NCBI GenBank assembly: GCA_963707985.1
Contig: CAVPRW010000039.1
Coordinates: 1 to 64,000, forward strand
Direction of reading: 5' to 3'
Length of the DNA stretch: 64,000 nucleotides
DNA from: an uncultured Nitrospinota bacterium
GTDB lineage: Bacteria; Tectomicrobia; Entotheonellia; J063; CAVPRW01
Both the position numbers and the translations under genes were made by a program. Below the pieces are notes generated by a model. That model saw only the letters and a list, made by a program, of their open reading frames with translations. It was not told where the DNA came from and searched no databases. Numbering within the stretch: the stretch's first letter is position 1; each line of letters begins with the position of its first letter. Of this stretch, positions 9,798 to 19,455 are shown piece after piece.

Positions 9798-11825
9798 TCA
9801 GTTGATGCCCAAGGCCTTGAGCGCAGCCGTCATCGGATCGCCGTAGAACACGGGATCGACGCGCTCGATGATGTCGGCGGAGACGTCCAGGAAGTTCCGT
9901 TTGTTTTCGAGGGGAATTAAGGCGCGCCTGGCGCCATTGTCCATCGCTACTTGCAACGGTTCGACCAATGACCGGACGGGCTTGAGGTTCCCCTGAATGC
10001 TCAAATCCCCCAGAATGAGCAGGGCGGCGAGGGCCGAGTGTTTCTTGAGCGCGGAGTATACCGCCACCACCAGGGCGATGCCAGGTTCGCAGGGCACTCG
10101 ATTACTCAGGAGGTCGATGGCCTCGACGTGAAAATCCGTGGTGTCAACCGCCTGGGCGATGCCCATCGCCACTTTGTGACCCTGAATATACGCGAACGCG
10201 CGCTGAATTGCGTCCTTCATCTCCCCTTCGACACCGCCTGCGATGCGCAGCTTCCCCGTTCCGGGTGCGCAGCCGACCTCGATGCGATACAGCCCGACTT
10301 TCCCCTGATCATCAACTGCCGCGGTATACACTGACCCAGGAGCAAGGGGGTCGGCTGAAATCATATCCCGGCCGCCCTGCTCGGGAACACCGACGTAATG
10401 CTCTTCTCGGGTGTCATTGGCGATGTAGGAAAACGATGTCTGGTAATACTCAAACGAGCCCATCTTCTTGAGCTGTTCTTTCACCCGCCGGCGTCCCTCC
10501 AACGCCAGCTCCACCAGCTCCGCCAGTTCGTCCTGGGTGATCTCGCCATGGGGGTACAGCAATTTGGTTAAACCCGACACGGTTTTCCGGACGGCCTTCA
10601 CGTCTCGGGCGTTGAGGTGGGACCCCAGCACAAAATGGCGGTCGACGATCTCGGTAAAATTATGGCGGCGGAGTTCTCTCAGCGCCTCGGCCAGGTAGTC
10701 GACGACGAAGCCATAATGGTCGGTGAAAAACTGCACCTGCATCTTGGGAATTTCCCAGCCAGGGATGTAAAAGTGGAGGCGATCGAGAAAGGCCCAGTCT
10801 TCGCGGATGACGTCTGGCAGCGGCGCAAACAGATGGGATGAGCGGACCATGACGTCGACCGGCTGATTGGTGTTGCCGAACAGCGCCATCGAGGCATGAC
10901 CGGTCAGGGCATCCTTCCCCCGGGCAAACGTCCCAGATTCGCAGTAGGTCTTGAGCGTCGTCACCACCTCTCGCGGCATCTTTTGCAGGTCAGCTACCTC
11001 GTCGAAGGCGATCGCATCCCAGAGGCCCACCAGTCCGATCTTATTCGTCGCCAGGTTGTAGAAGAGATTGGCGACGGTGGTCGGCCCCGTCAGCAAAATG
11101 GCATAGGGGCTGATTTCCTGAAAGGCGTACGACTTGCCGGTGCCGCGCGGCCCCAGTTCCACCAGGTTGTAGTTGGGCTCGCACAGCGGCACGAGACGCA
11201 TCAACAGGAGCAGCTTCAGCCGGCGGTCGAAGTATGAGGGTTCCAGGCCAATGCTCCGGACCAGCAGATCGACCCACTCATCGGCATCAAACGCCCGCCG
11301 ACACGCACAGTAGTCGTCGAAATCGAACGACCCCAGCTGAATCGGCTTGATGTCGTCGATCCAAAAAGGGCTGCGCTTGCCGCGCGCCTCGTCGTCATAC
11401 TCGTGCCGAATATTGATCTGCGCCCAGATGCCCCCCATCAGCAGCAAATCGTACTGGCGCACATAGTGGTCCGGCACGTGGACGTATCTGTGGCCGAAGT
11501 TGACGATCTCCGCCCAGTATTTATCGTCGTCGGATAAATATCGGACCTTCACTTTGTCGATCAGCGTGTATTGCCCCTTCTCCTTGACATACGATTGGGC
11601 CTTGTTCGCTTCATCGGGGCGCACGAAGTTGTTCGCCAGCGTGGTGTTGACCAACCGCAACCCTGCGTCGATGGCGTGCGGATCGTCCGTGGCACAATAC
11701 TTCCCGAGCAAATACTCCAGCACGTAGACGGGCACATTAGCACCGACCTTCACCTTCCGTACCAGATCCTTCCGCACGACCTTCCCTGCGAAGACGGCAT
11801 TGGTTTTCTGATCGAGGTCCGACAT
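9798..11825 (-). CDS. brxL: BREX system Lon-like AAA+ protein BrxL
   Basis: VVRKDLV..VKVGANVPVYVLEYLLGKYC N-terminus, Walker A ELGPRGTGKS, AFDEVA, C-terminal Lon-protease-like domain; last gene of the BREX operon. Confidence 0.95.
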   Translation of the reverse strand: MSDLDQKTNAVFAGKVVRKDLVRKVKVGANVPVYVLEYLLGKYCATDDPHAIDAGLRLVNTTLANNFVRPDEANKAQSYVKEKGQYTLIDKVKVRYLSDDDKYWAEIVNFGHRYVHVPDHYVRQYDLLLMGGIWAQINIRHEYDDEARGKRSPFWIDDIKPIQLGSFDFDDYCACRRAFDADEWVDLLVRSIGLEPSYFDRRLKLLLLMRLVPLCEPNYNLVELGPRGTGKSYAFQEISPYAILLTGPTTVANLFYNLATNKIGLVGLWDAIAFDEVADLQKMPREVVTTLKTYCESGTFARGKDALTGHASMALFGNTNQPVDVMVRSSHLFAPLPDVIREDWAFLDRLHFYIPGWEIPKMQVQFFTDHYGFVVDYLAEALRELRRHNFTEIVDRHFVLGSHLNARDVKAVRKTVSGLTKLLYPHGEITQDELAELVELALEGRRRVKEQLKKMGSFEYYQTSFSYIANDTREEHYVGVPEQGGRDMISADPLAPGSVYTAAVDDQGKVGLYRIEVGCAPGTGKLRIAGGVEGEMKDAIQRAFAYIQGHKVAMGIAQAVDTTDFHVEAIDLLSNRVPCEPGIALVVAVYSALKKHSALAALLILGDLSIQGNLKPVRSLVEPLQVAMDNGARRALIPLENKRNFLDVSADIIERVDPVFYGDPMTAALKALGIN

Positions 11826-11841
11826 TGAGCATCTGCCCTCG

Positions 11842-14463
11842 CTACATGGCGATATCAAGAGGAATATTTTTGAGGGCGGCGAGCTCGACTTGCGTGGTGG
11901 CATCCAAGAGATGGACGGAGACCGTCGATGCCTCCACCTCCGAGGTCAGCATCATGGTGATGGCGTTGGGTCGGTCCTTCTCGAGGACGATCTCCTGCGT
12001 GCCTTCTTCGAAGCCATACGCCGCCATGGCGGCCACGCCGACCTCGGTGCGGTGCGCCCGCACCACCACTTTGATCCGCTTCGTGTCGTCGCCGAAGAGG
12101 CCTCCGACCACATAGCGCGCCTCAAGGGAGAAAAACCGCGTGGTAATGCTGGGTTTTGCCAGCGTGAGCAGCACGGTCGCCGTGCCCATGCTCGATGGCT
12201 GAGGCTCACGGACGCTGATGGTCGCCACGGGGATCAGCCATTCTTGGAGTGAGATGCCGCCATGGCAGTATCCACGACGACTGCCCCGCGTGCGAAAGGC
12301 ACGCCAACCCGAGCGGAAAGGCCAACTCCAGGTCACCCGCGAGGCCCAGTTGGCTGGCCGGGACGCGGATGAATCCGGGCGCGGCCATGCCACCGCGACC
12401 GATCCAGACGCGGGGATGCAGGTCCACCGTCTGGCCACCCGGCGGGTCAATGGTCATCGCCTCGTCGGGCTCTTCGACGAAGAGGTGCCCGTGATCCGCG
12501 GCGATCACCATCTGCTGCACCCCCAATGAGGCCAATCGGCGGATGCCCCGGCGCAGCTTCTCCAGTACGTCGTCCATGAACTGGCGGGCCTCTTCTTCGT
12601 CCTCGGTTTCTTCGCCGCGCCGGTCGATTTCCTGAGATGTGACGAGCAGGATGTCGGCCTCGATGATCTCCTGCTGCCGCTTTTTGGTCGGCTTCATGAG
12701 GTCATTGAGCTTCAAGACCACCGTACGTCCCTGAACCGTAGACTGGAAGTGCTTGACCCGTGAGGCACGATCTTTGAGCAGGGTGTCGCCAATCACGATG
12801 CCGACTCTTCCGGCTCCGACGTCTACCAGCTCCATCCCCTCATCGGCCTTGGGCATCAGGGCCGCCATGCCCACCTCGGTGATGGTTGGCAACTGGCCGA
12901 TCGCCGGCCGCAGCGCACTGTCGAATCCGTCACCGCAAGCCTTCGAGGAGCTCCTGGCCCATCTCGTACCGCAACGCGTCGACCAGCAGATAGGCCGTCT
13001 TGCCTTCGGTGGCGCGCTGACGCACCTGCGTGCGATACACCTCATCCTGGCGCATCGGGCCTTCCACGTCGAACCCCGACGTGACCAGTGCCTCCGCCAG
13101 GCGTTCCGCACACTGGCCCGACGACGTCCATATAGCGGCGGCGCACGGAGGCCATCAGCGTTTCTAGTTGGGCGTGTTGGCCCTCCAGATGCAGGTCGAG
13201 CAGCGTGTAGCGGTGTTCCAGGTGCCGATGATCACGATCGAGCAGATACCACGGCATGGCCGGCTCACTGCCGGCACCAGGGATCCCTGTGGTGTAGGCC
13301 TCGACCATGGCCTTGGCGTCCTTCCGCACCATCTTGAGCTCTGTTTCCACGCGAGCGGCAGTCAGGAGGAGCTGCGCCGCCAACTCCAACAACGTCCACC
13401 GCAGCTGATACTCGCCGGTGTACAGCGACCAGAAGGACGTCTTGCGCCGCCTGATCAGGTCGAGGGCGTCGTTCACCGCGCCATCCAACAGGTGCACTTC
13501 CGCCCAATCGAGGAGCAACGACTCCACGCAAGCAAAGGTTTCGACCTCCCTCAGCGTCGGGGCCTGCAGGCCCCACCCGAGCACCTGGGCTTCTGTCTGC
13601 ACCGTATTGGCCCAGGCCACATACGACTCTCGCAGATCAAGCCGATTGCGCCACTGCTGACAGACGGCCAGCAGCTGCTCGCATGATCTGGCAGTGTCCG
13701 GTACGGGAATGGCGGCGAGCGTTGAGGTGTCTCCTCCGGCCGCACCGACTTTGAGTACAATCTCAGCCAACAGCAACGAGCGGCACAGCTCATGTCGCAC
13801 CTGTCCAACCGGCTGATCTGAGCGAATGCTGAGCCCGAGTTCGGTGGCGCACAGGCTGGCCAGCTCAGGGAGTGCCTGCTTCTCAAGAATCGCCTCGTCA
13901 TGGGCGTCAGAGCTGAGGAATGCCAGCACCACATCGGCGACGGCTGTGGTGCCAAAGATGAGCGTGAGCGCGCCCCACTCTCCGGTCTGGTCGGCGAGCC
14001 AGTCGAGCTCGGCCAGCGTCCGTCGTCCCGCATCCACCTCTGCTGCGATCGCATTCGCTCGGTCAGGCGCAATGCCTTTGAAGACCCGTTCGGCCAGGAC
14101 CTTGAGCCGCGTGTTACGCTGCCATGGGCTGCCGCCGGGCTCCATGACCACACCCGCTGCCTCCGCCTCGATCAAGGCATGCTGGGTGTTCGAGCGATCC
14201 AGTGGCACATAGAGCAGCACCCGCGGCGGGGTCTCGACGTTGGCGCGGACCCTCCCCTCGTCGTCCACGAACTCCAGAAACGGCTCCAGGCGATGGCGAA
14301 GTTGGAAGACGCTATCCTCGTAGCGCAGCACGGTGGTCTCAGGCGGATGCAGCTGGTTGACCACATCACCGTACACGCGCTCGGGGTCATACCAGACGAC
14401 GATTCCATGGTCCTGGATTTGCTTGGTGATCAGCGCCACGAGTTCTTCGGTGACTTTTCCCAT
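11842..14463 (-). pseudogene. pglZ: BREX PglZ alkaline-phosphatase-domain protein with three +1 frameshifts (~13118, ~12936, ~12298)
   Basis: IVVWYDPE N-terminus; LLVDALRYEMG, LPTITEVGMAAL, IAADHGH and YCHGGISLQE motifs are recovered by removing single bases. Confidence 0.9.
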
Positions 14464-14527
14464 TCTGCTTGCCGCCTATAGCTCTACTCGTTCTCGATGT
14501 ACAACGCGAGATCACTCAAACACCACG

Positions 14528-14662
14528 TTATCCGGCATCGATGATGTCTTCCCAGAGTTCTGAAACCGGCCGCGTCTTGCCCCGCAGGGCTTCCTGCCAC
14601 CCTTGTCGAAAGCTCTCTTCAGCCGGTTTTAATGTGATTCGCCCTCTCGCCCCACACATCAT
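14528..14662 (-). pseudogene. 44-aa ORF resembling the C-terminal half of a type II antitoxin
   Basis: RBS GAGGAG, MMCGARGRITLKPAEESFRQGWQEALRGKTRPVSELWEDIIDAG; an overlapping ATG (MPDNVVFE*) may be a dead toxin start. Confidence 0.5.
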
Positions 14663-14687
14663 CTTTCTCCTCGGCCTTCGTCATGAC

Positions 14688-14781
14688 GCTTAACGACCAA
14701 CCTTCAGACGTGCTCGAAAGCTAGAATCGAATGCAAGCGGTTTCATCACAGAAGCGCTTTCTGGGCGAGAACCGGTTATCT
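14688..14781 (-). other. degenerate attC-like site
   Basis: Minus strand AGATAAC...CTGAAGGTTGGTCGTTAAGC resembles the attC 3' end GCTGAGCTTGGTCGTTAGGC; imperfect inner hairpin. Confidence 0.35.
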
Positions 14782-14903
14782 TCGCTCAACTGCTGTACCT
14801 CGGGCCAGACTTCTTCGTCATAGCCTGACTCGTCCGCCAGCCACTCCCGGAGGAGACGACGCATGGCCTCGTTCTTCTGCCCTTGGGCGGCGATCGCAGC
14901 GTC

Positions 14904-15028
14904 GGCGTACGCGCTTTGGCCAGTGGTCCATGGCTTGTTGCGACCACGGTGATGGCCTCACTGCCAGTTGTTCCCGGTACTGTTTCGGTTCGGCCTCCCG
15001 CGATGGCAGCAGCTCCCTACAGTGGGAG
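14904..15028 (-). repeat. degenerate direct duplicate of the pglX 3' end (partner copy 15792-15914)
   Basis: Translates as ELLPSREAEPKQYREQLAVRPSPWSQQAMDHWPKRVRRRC versus PglX ELMPSWQAEPKKCWDALARGDYDWSHQAMDHWPERVRQKC. Confidence 0.85.
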
Positions 15029-15367
15029 GATTTGTATTCTGTTGATCCATTCTTCCGCTTCACTTGCTGTCCAAATGAGGAGCAAATCCTCTACCGCAAC
15101 ACGCACAGGCAGCTTTTGCGGAATCACGATCACCCCATGACTGGTGCCTTGACCGATGAATTCCGCAAAGTGTCTGGGCATGGTCTTGCGATCGTGCGTG
15201 ACCAACACTCTTCCTGCTTGCGCCGCCAGCGCCAACACCTCTTGATCTCTGACGCCAGCCAGCTGCGCAGCGTGCGCCGTTTGAAAGTCTATGCTTGGCT
15301 CGCGCCGCAGCGTCGCCTTCACGATGATGTGGTTGAGGTCAGCGTCCGCCTGAAAACGCACTCTCAT
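15017..15367 (-). CDS. DUF5615 PIN-like toxin
   Basis: RFQADADL, DQEVLALAAQAGRVLVTHDRK, GVIVI motifs; ATGA overlap with the DUF433 gene. Confidence 0.88.
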   Translation of the reverse strand: MRVRFQADADLNHIIVKATLRREPSIDFQTAHAAQLAGVRDQEVLALAAQAGRVLVTHDRKTMPRHFAEFIGQGTSHGVIVIPQKLPVRVAVEDLLLIWTASEAEEWINRIQILPL

Positions 15368-15684
15368 GGTTGGGTCATGTGTGATCGCCGCCGCTCCTGG
15401 ATCAGCTTTGCATGAAATTGGGGATCGGCGCTGCGTATGGCTTGGCGCAAGGCCTCAAACTCGGCATCGGCTTGGTCCAAATAGCGATCAATGTCAGCAC
15501 GATGGGCAAGATAATAGGTGATGGCGCCATAGACTTGCTCTAAGGTGAGAGTCGGAAAGCACTCTGTCACAATCGTTTCAGGCGATAACCCCTCTAGAAA
15601 GGCAAGAATAACCGAATCAAGCGATACACGGGTGCCGGCAACCCAATATCCTTCGTCCTGCTTTTCAACGTATTGTTTCTCCAT
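15364..15684 (-). CDS. DUF433 antitoxin
   Basis: VAGTRVSLDSVILAFLEGLSPETIVTECFPTLTLEQVYGAITYY is the DUF433 signature. Confidence 0.9.
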   Translation of the reverse strand: MEKQYVEKQDEGYWVAGTRVSLDSVILAFLEGLSPETIVTECFPTLTLEQVYGAITYYLAHRADIDRYLDQADAEFEALRQAIRSADPQFHAKLIQERRRSHMTQP

Positions 15685-15741
15685 CGTGTTTCCTCATCTG
15701 AACTCCGTCAGTCTTTGAAGCCTTGTTCTTGCGAGTCCAAA

Positions 15742-16055
15742 CTATGCCAGGCCGTGAGCGATGGCGTAGGATTTGTTCGTCTGACACTTTTGGCGTACCC
15801 GCTCGGGCCAGTGGTCCATCGCCTGGTGCGACCAGTCGTAGTCGCCTCGCGCCAGCGCGTCCCAGCACTTTTTCGGTTCGGCCTGCCACGAGGGCATCAG
15901 CTCCCACAGGGGAGCCATGTTGATCAGCACGCCGTCATCGATGTGTGGCGTGTACCCGCGTTGGAGAATCGCATCAATGCGCTCAGCAAAGGCACGCAGG
16001 TCGTCCAGCACGTCTTCTATCTCAGCTATCGGCTTTTCATGCGCACGACGTTCAC
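15742..16055 (-). pseudogene. pglX: C-terminal remnant of BREX methyltransferase PglX
   Basis: GYTPHIDDGVLINMAPLWEL...GDYDWSHQAMDHWPERVRQKC..NKSYAIAHGL; position between brxC and pglZ; cut by the IS at 16056. Confidence 0.85.
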
Positions 16056-17277
16056 GGTAGCTCCACACTAAACCGTGGTGAGGTGCAGCTTGCAATGAAA
16101 ATGGGGGTCCAGACATACTCCTTCTTGGCATGCTCCCCAGCACGACCAGAGAGGAGACACGTCATGGACCCCACAACGGTATTCTGCCCCAATCTGGCGT
16201 GCCCTGCCAGAGGCCAAACCGGCCAGGGCAATATTGGTATCCATTCGCGGAAGGACAAGCGCTTCATCTGCCACGCGTGTCACAAGACGTTCAGCGCCAC
16301 GAAAGGCACGGTCTTCTATCGCCTGCGCACCTCGGCCGAGACCGTGGTGCTCGTCGTGACCTTGCTCGCCCATGGCTGTCCCGTGCAAGCGATCGTGGCC
16401 GCCTTTGGGTTTGACGAGCGGACGGTCGCCGATGGGTGGGCACGCGCCGGGCGACAGGGGCAGGCCGTGCAGGAGCATCTGGTCGAACAACCACGGGACC
16501 TGGGGCAGGTGCAAGCCGATGAGATCCGCGTCAAGAAACAGGGCGGCATCGTGTGGATGGCGCTGGCCATGATGGTCAAGACACGCTTGTGGCTGGGCGG
16601 CGAGGTCAGCGAGCAGCGCGACATGCCCCTGATCCGGCGGCTGATCGAGCGGGTGAGGCGCTGTGCGGCACGTCGTCCCCTGTTGGTCTGTACCGATGGC
16701 TTGGTGTCGTACATCCGGGCCATTCGGGAGACCTTTCGCGATCCCGTGCACACGGGCAAGGGCGGACGGCCCCGGCTGCGTCCGTGGCGCAATGTCTTGA
16801 TCGCCCAAGTCGTCAAGCGCTACGAGCGGCGGCGGGTGGTCGAGACCGAACGCCGCATTGTCGATGGCACGCCGGCACGCGTCGAGACGCTCCGACGCCG
16901 GTCGCAAGGGGACGGGGTCATCAATACGGCGTACATTGAGCGGCTGAACGCGACGTTCCGTGAGCGGCTCGCCCCGCTGACACGCCGAGGCCGCGCGCTG
17001 GCGCGCCACACCCTGACGCTGCAGCATGGCATGTATCTGATCGGGACGGTCTATAATTTTTGCACGCCGCATGCGAGTCTGTCCCACGCCAGGCGCGGGA
17101 CCACACCGGCGATGGCCGCTGGCATCACCGATCATGGCTGGACCGTCCAGGAACTGCTGTCGTTTCATGTGCCACCGCCGCGCTGGACACCACCCAAGCA
17201 ACGTGGGCGTCCCTCACATGCGCTCAAACGCCTGATTGAGCGGTGGTGCGGGGACCACGGTTAGCTGTGGAGCTACC
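16056..17277 (+). mobile_element. IS1-like insertion sequence with intact transposase (ATG 16164-17264)
   Basis: TIRs GGTAGCTCCACACTAAACCGTGGT and ACCACGGTTAGCTGTGGAGCTACC; Zn-ribbon CPNLAC..CHAC, HTH, DDE (QADE, CTDG, IERLN); no target duplication. Confidence 0.9.
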
Positions 17278-17767
17278 CGAGGGAGCGTAACAGGGCTTTA
17301 TACATGATTTCCGTGATACGCTCGTTCGCCGTGCGTACCCCCCGATCCATGGACACATCGAAGATAATGGCCTGGGTCGGGATGTTCGCCGTAATCACGT
17401 CGAGATAGGCCGCAAGCGTATCGGCTTGCGACCGGGGCAGTTCGCGCTGCGCCTTGTCCTTCACGATCTCACTGGCCGACTGACCGCACACCAGACGCCC
17501 GGCGACCGTATAGCCAATGATTTTAGCGAACGATGACTTCCCGGAGCCGAAGAAGCCCGAGACCCAGATGCCGATGCCCTCGTGCGGCTCGCTGGGGGCA
17601 TCAGCAATGGCCTTGTACACGGTCGTGAAATGCTCGCTGATGGATTCGGTGAGCACATACTCCTGCAGTTCATCCAGGACCGTCTTCTCATCTGCCTGGT
17701 CGACCTTGATGACTTCTTCGATCCGCCGATCGATTTTTTTTGAGAAGAGATCCCGAATGGTGTGCAT
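17278..17767 (-). pseudogene. brxC: N-terminal fragment of BREX P-loop ATPase BrxC
   Basis: IRDLFSKKIDRRIEEVIKV, ELQEYVLT, GIWVSGFFGSGKS (Walker A); truncated at the IS end. Confidence 0.92.
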
Positions 17768-17775
17768 GAGCCACC

Positions 17776-18360
17776 TCAATAGATTTTCACCCGGTAATTG
17801 TAGGCCCCGGTTTGGTCGCGTTCCGGCAAGCCCATGAAGCGTAGACTGTGTTCGCCATCGAGGGGGCCTGGATAAAATAAAATGATTGGTACCAACGTCC
17901 GGCCATGCATGGCATCCAGGAGTTTGGCCGAGCGGTAGATGGCTGGCGCGAGCGCGGCAACGCGGACGAGAAAGACGACGTCAATGGCCGGCTCCATACC
18001 TTGCATGCGTTGCTCAATGGCATCTGGAAGCGGTCTGAACGCGTCGTCGGATAACAAGGTGGACACGGTTTCCTGGGCACGGGCAAAGCCGAACTGCTGC
18101 TCCTCGTCGGCGATGGCGTCGATGCCTTCAGTGTCGTCGATGGCGGTCCAGAGCATGCGGGCGACCGAGATGATGTGCACCCGTTTGCCAGCGTTCTGGA
18201 GGCGTGTGGCGAACAAACGGATCTGCTTCCGGGCCTCGAATTCCGCGCTCGGGTCATAGCGGCAGATGGCAAACGGGAGATCGTGATAGGCGCTGATCCG
18301 AAGCGGGTGTGCCAGCAGATCCTTTTCCAGGGTGTCAATGCGCTCGTGCAACGACGACAT
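17776..18360 (-). CDS. brxB: BREX protein BrxB (DUF1788)
   Basis: LPFAICRYDPSAEF...PIILFYPG...LRFMG...NYR pattern; lies between brxA and brxC. Confidence 0.85.
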   Translation of the reverse strand: MSSLHERIDTLEKDLLAHPLRISAYHDLPFAICRYDPSAEFEARKQIRLFATRLQNAGKRVHIISVARMLWTAIDDTEGIDAIADEEQQFGFARAQETVSTLLSDDAFRPLPDAIEQRMQGMEPAIDVVFLVRVAALAPAIYRSAKLLDAMHGRTLVPIILFYPGPLDGEHSLRFMGLPERDQTGAYNYRVKIY

Positions 18361-19159
18361 CGGCCATCTCCCCGAAGTTCGTCGCGGGAAAGTCCATGCG
18401 CATGATTTTCCCAGCGACTTGGAACCGGAGAAGACCACTGCGATCAGCTTCCAGGAACATCTGTTCAACTATCGGCGGCGACAATAAGAACAACTGCCAG
18501 TCGCGATGCTGGACCAGCTGCGGTCCGCTGACCCCTTCCTGGTGCAAGGCAAAGGCGATGTAGGCGAAGGACTCGATAGGGAGGTAGACCGGTGCAAGAC
18601 GCTTCTTGCTGGCCCCTTCGAGGAGGCCAAAATCGCGCAAGGCGGCCAGCACACCTCGCGCCACTTTTGCCGTCACTGAGGGAGACCAATGTTTGCCGCA
18701 CGTCGCCAGTTGCGAAGCGATCCAGCGACCGACGTCATCGGTCGTCATACGCTGCTCCTGATTCTTGCTGCGCTGCAGCAGCTCGACACAGACGAAGTCG
18801 TAGAGCAAACGTTCGGTTCGTGCGGTCATCCAATAATAGATGGGCCGGATAATTTCTACCGGAAGGTTGCGGTCCTCAAGCTCACGCACAATTTTCCATG
18901 CGTTAGCAGGTTGACCATTCACGAAGCGGGGAAGAAAAGCCCGGCGTAATGTGTCAGCCGCACGCGCGCGTGTATGTTTGCCGAGCAAATTTTCTGCAAC
19001 CACGGTGTCGTGCTGTCCATTTACGCCGCTCTCTTGCCAGTGGCGGACGAGGAGGCGCATATCTTCAAAAAGGGCTCCCCCCTTCTGAAGACGCGAGTTG
19101 TAGGGGCATGCTCCTGGGGCACTGGCGATCTGGCGTTTCCGCTGAGTGCTCACGGCCAC
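18335..19159 (-). CDS. brxA: BREX protein BrxA (DUF1819-like)
   Basis: YNSRLQKGGAL, VAENLLGK..RAR, LLYDFV, WSPSVTAKVARGVLAALRDFGLLEG; first gene of the operon. Confidence 0.85.
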   Translation of the reverse strand: MAVSTQRKRQIASAPGACPYNSRLQKGGALFEDMRLLVRHWQESGVNGQHDTVVAENLLGKHTRARAADTLRRAFLPRFVNGQPANAWKIVRELEDRNLPVEIIRPIYYWMTARTERLLYDFVCVELLQRSKNQEQRMTTDDVGRWIASQLATCGKHWSPSVTAKVARGVLAALRDFGLLEGASKKRLAPVYLPIESFAYIAFALHQEGVSGPQLVQHRDWQLFLLSPPIVEQMFLEADRSGLLRFQVAGKIMRMDFPATNFGEMADVVVARAH

Positions 19160-19202
19160 GCGTTTCGCTCCATCACCATCCGTGAATAAGATACGTGTTG
19201 CA

Positions 19203-19222
19203 CGATGATCATATCATCATCG
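19203..19222 (-). promoter_or_regulatory. near-palindromic operator overlapping an extended -10 (TGaTATGAT) of the BREX operon
   Basis: CGATGATCATATCATCATCG is 18/20 self-complementary, about 45 nt upstream of brxA. Confidence 0.45.
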
Positions 19223-19370
19223 ACGACTGCTTTGGACCGATTGAAGATATCTCAGTGACCTTATCAAATATTGTACGTAACAGCAATAGGGAGCCTGCCT
19301 TTCGGCCTGGCTATGCCAAACGTGGTAGAGTCAGCTCCGGCTGTCTAGGATAACCCTACACCTCTCCCAC

Positions 19371-19419
19371 AAGAACCCCGCTGGCCTTGGGCATACATGG
19401 CGAGCCAGCGGGGCTTCTT
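19371..19419. terminator. strong GC hairpin/terminator downstream of the 550-aa recombinase
   Basis: AAGAACCCCGCTGGC...GCCAGCGGGGCTTCTT inverted repeat. Confidence 0.65.
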
Positions 19420-19455
19420 CGCGCCCGACTCTGCTAAATTCACCAGCAGATCAGA

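Noticed and set aside
16068..17201. 377-aa minus-strand ORF
   Set aside because: Antisense of the IS transposase.
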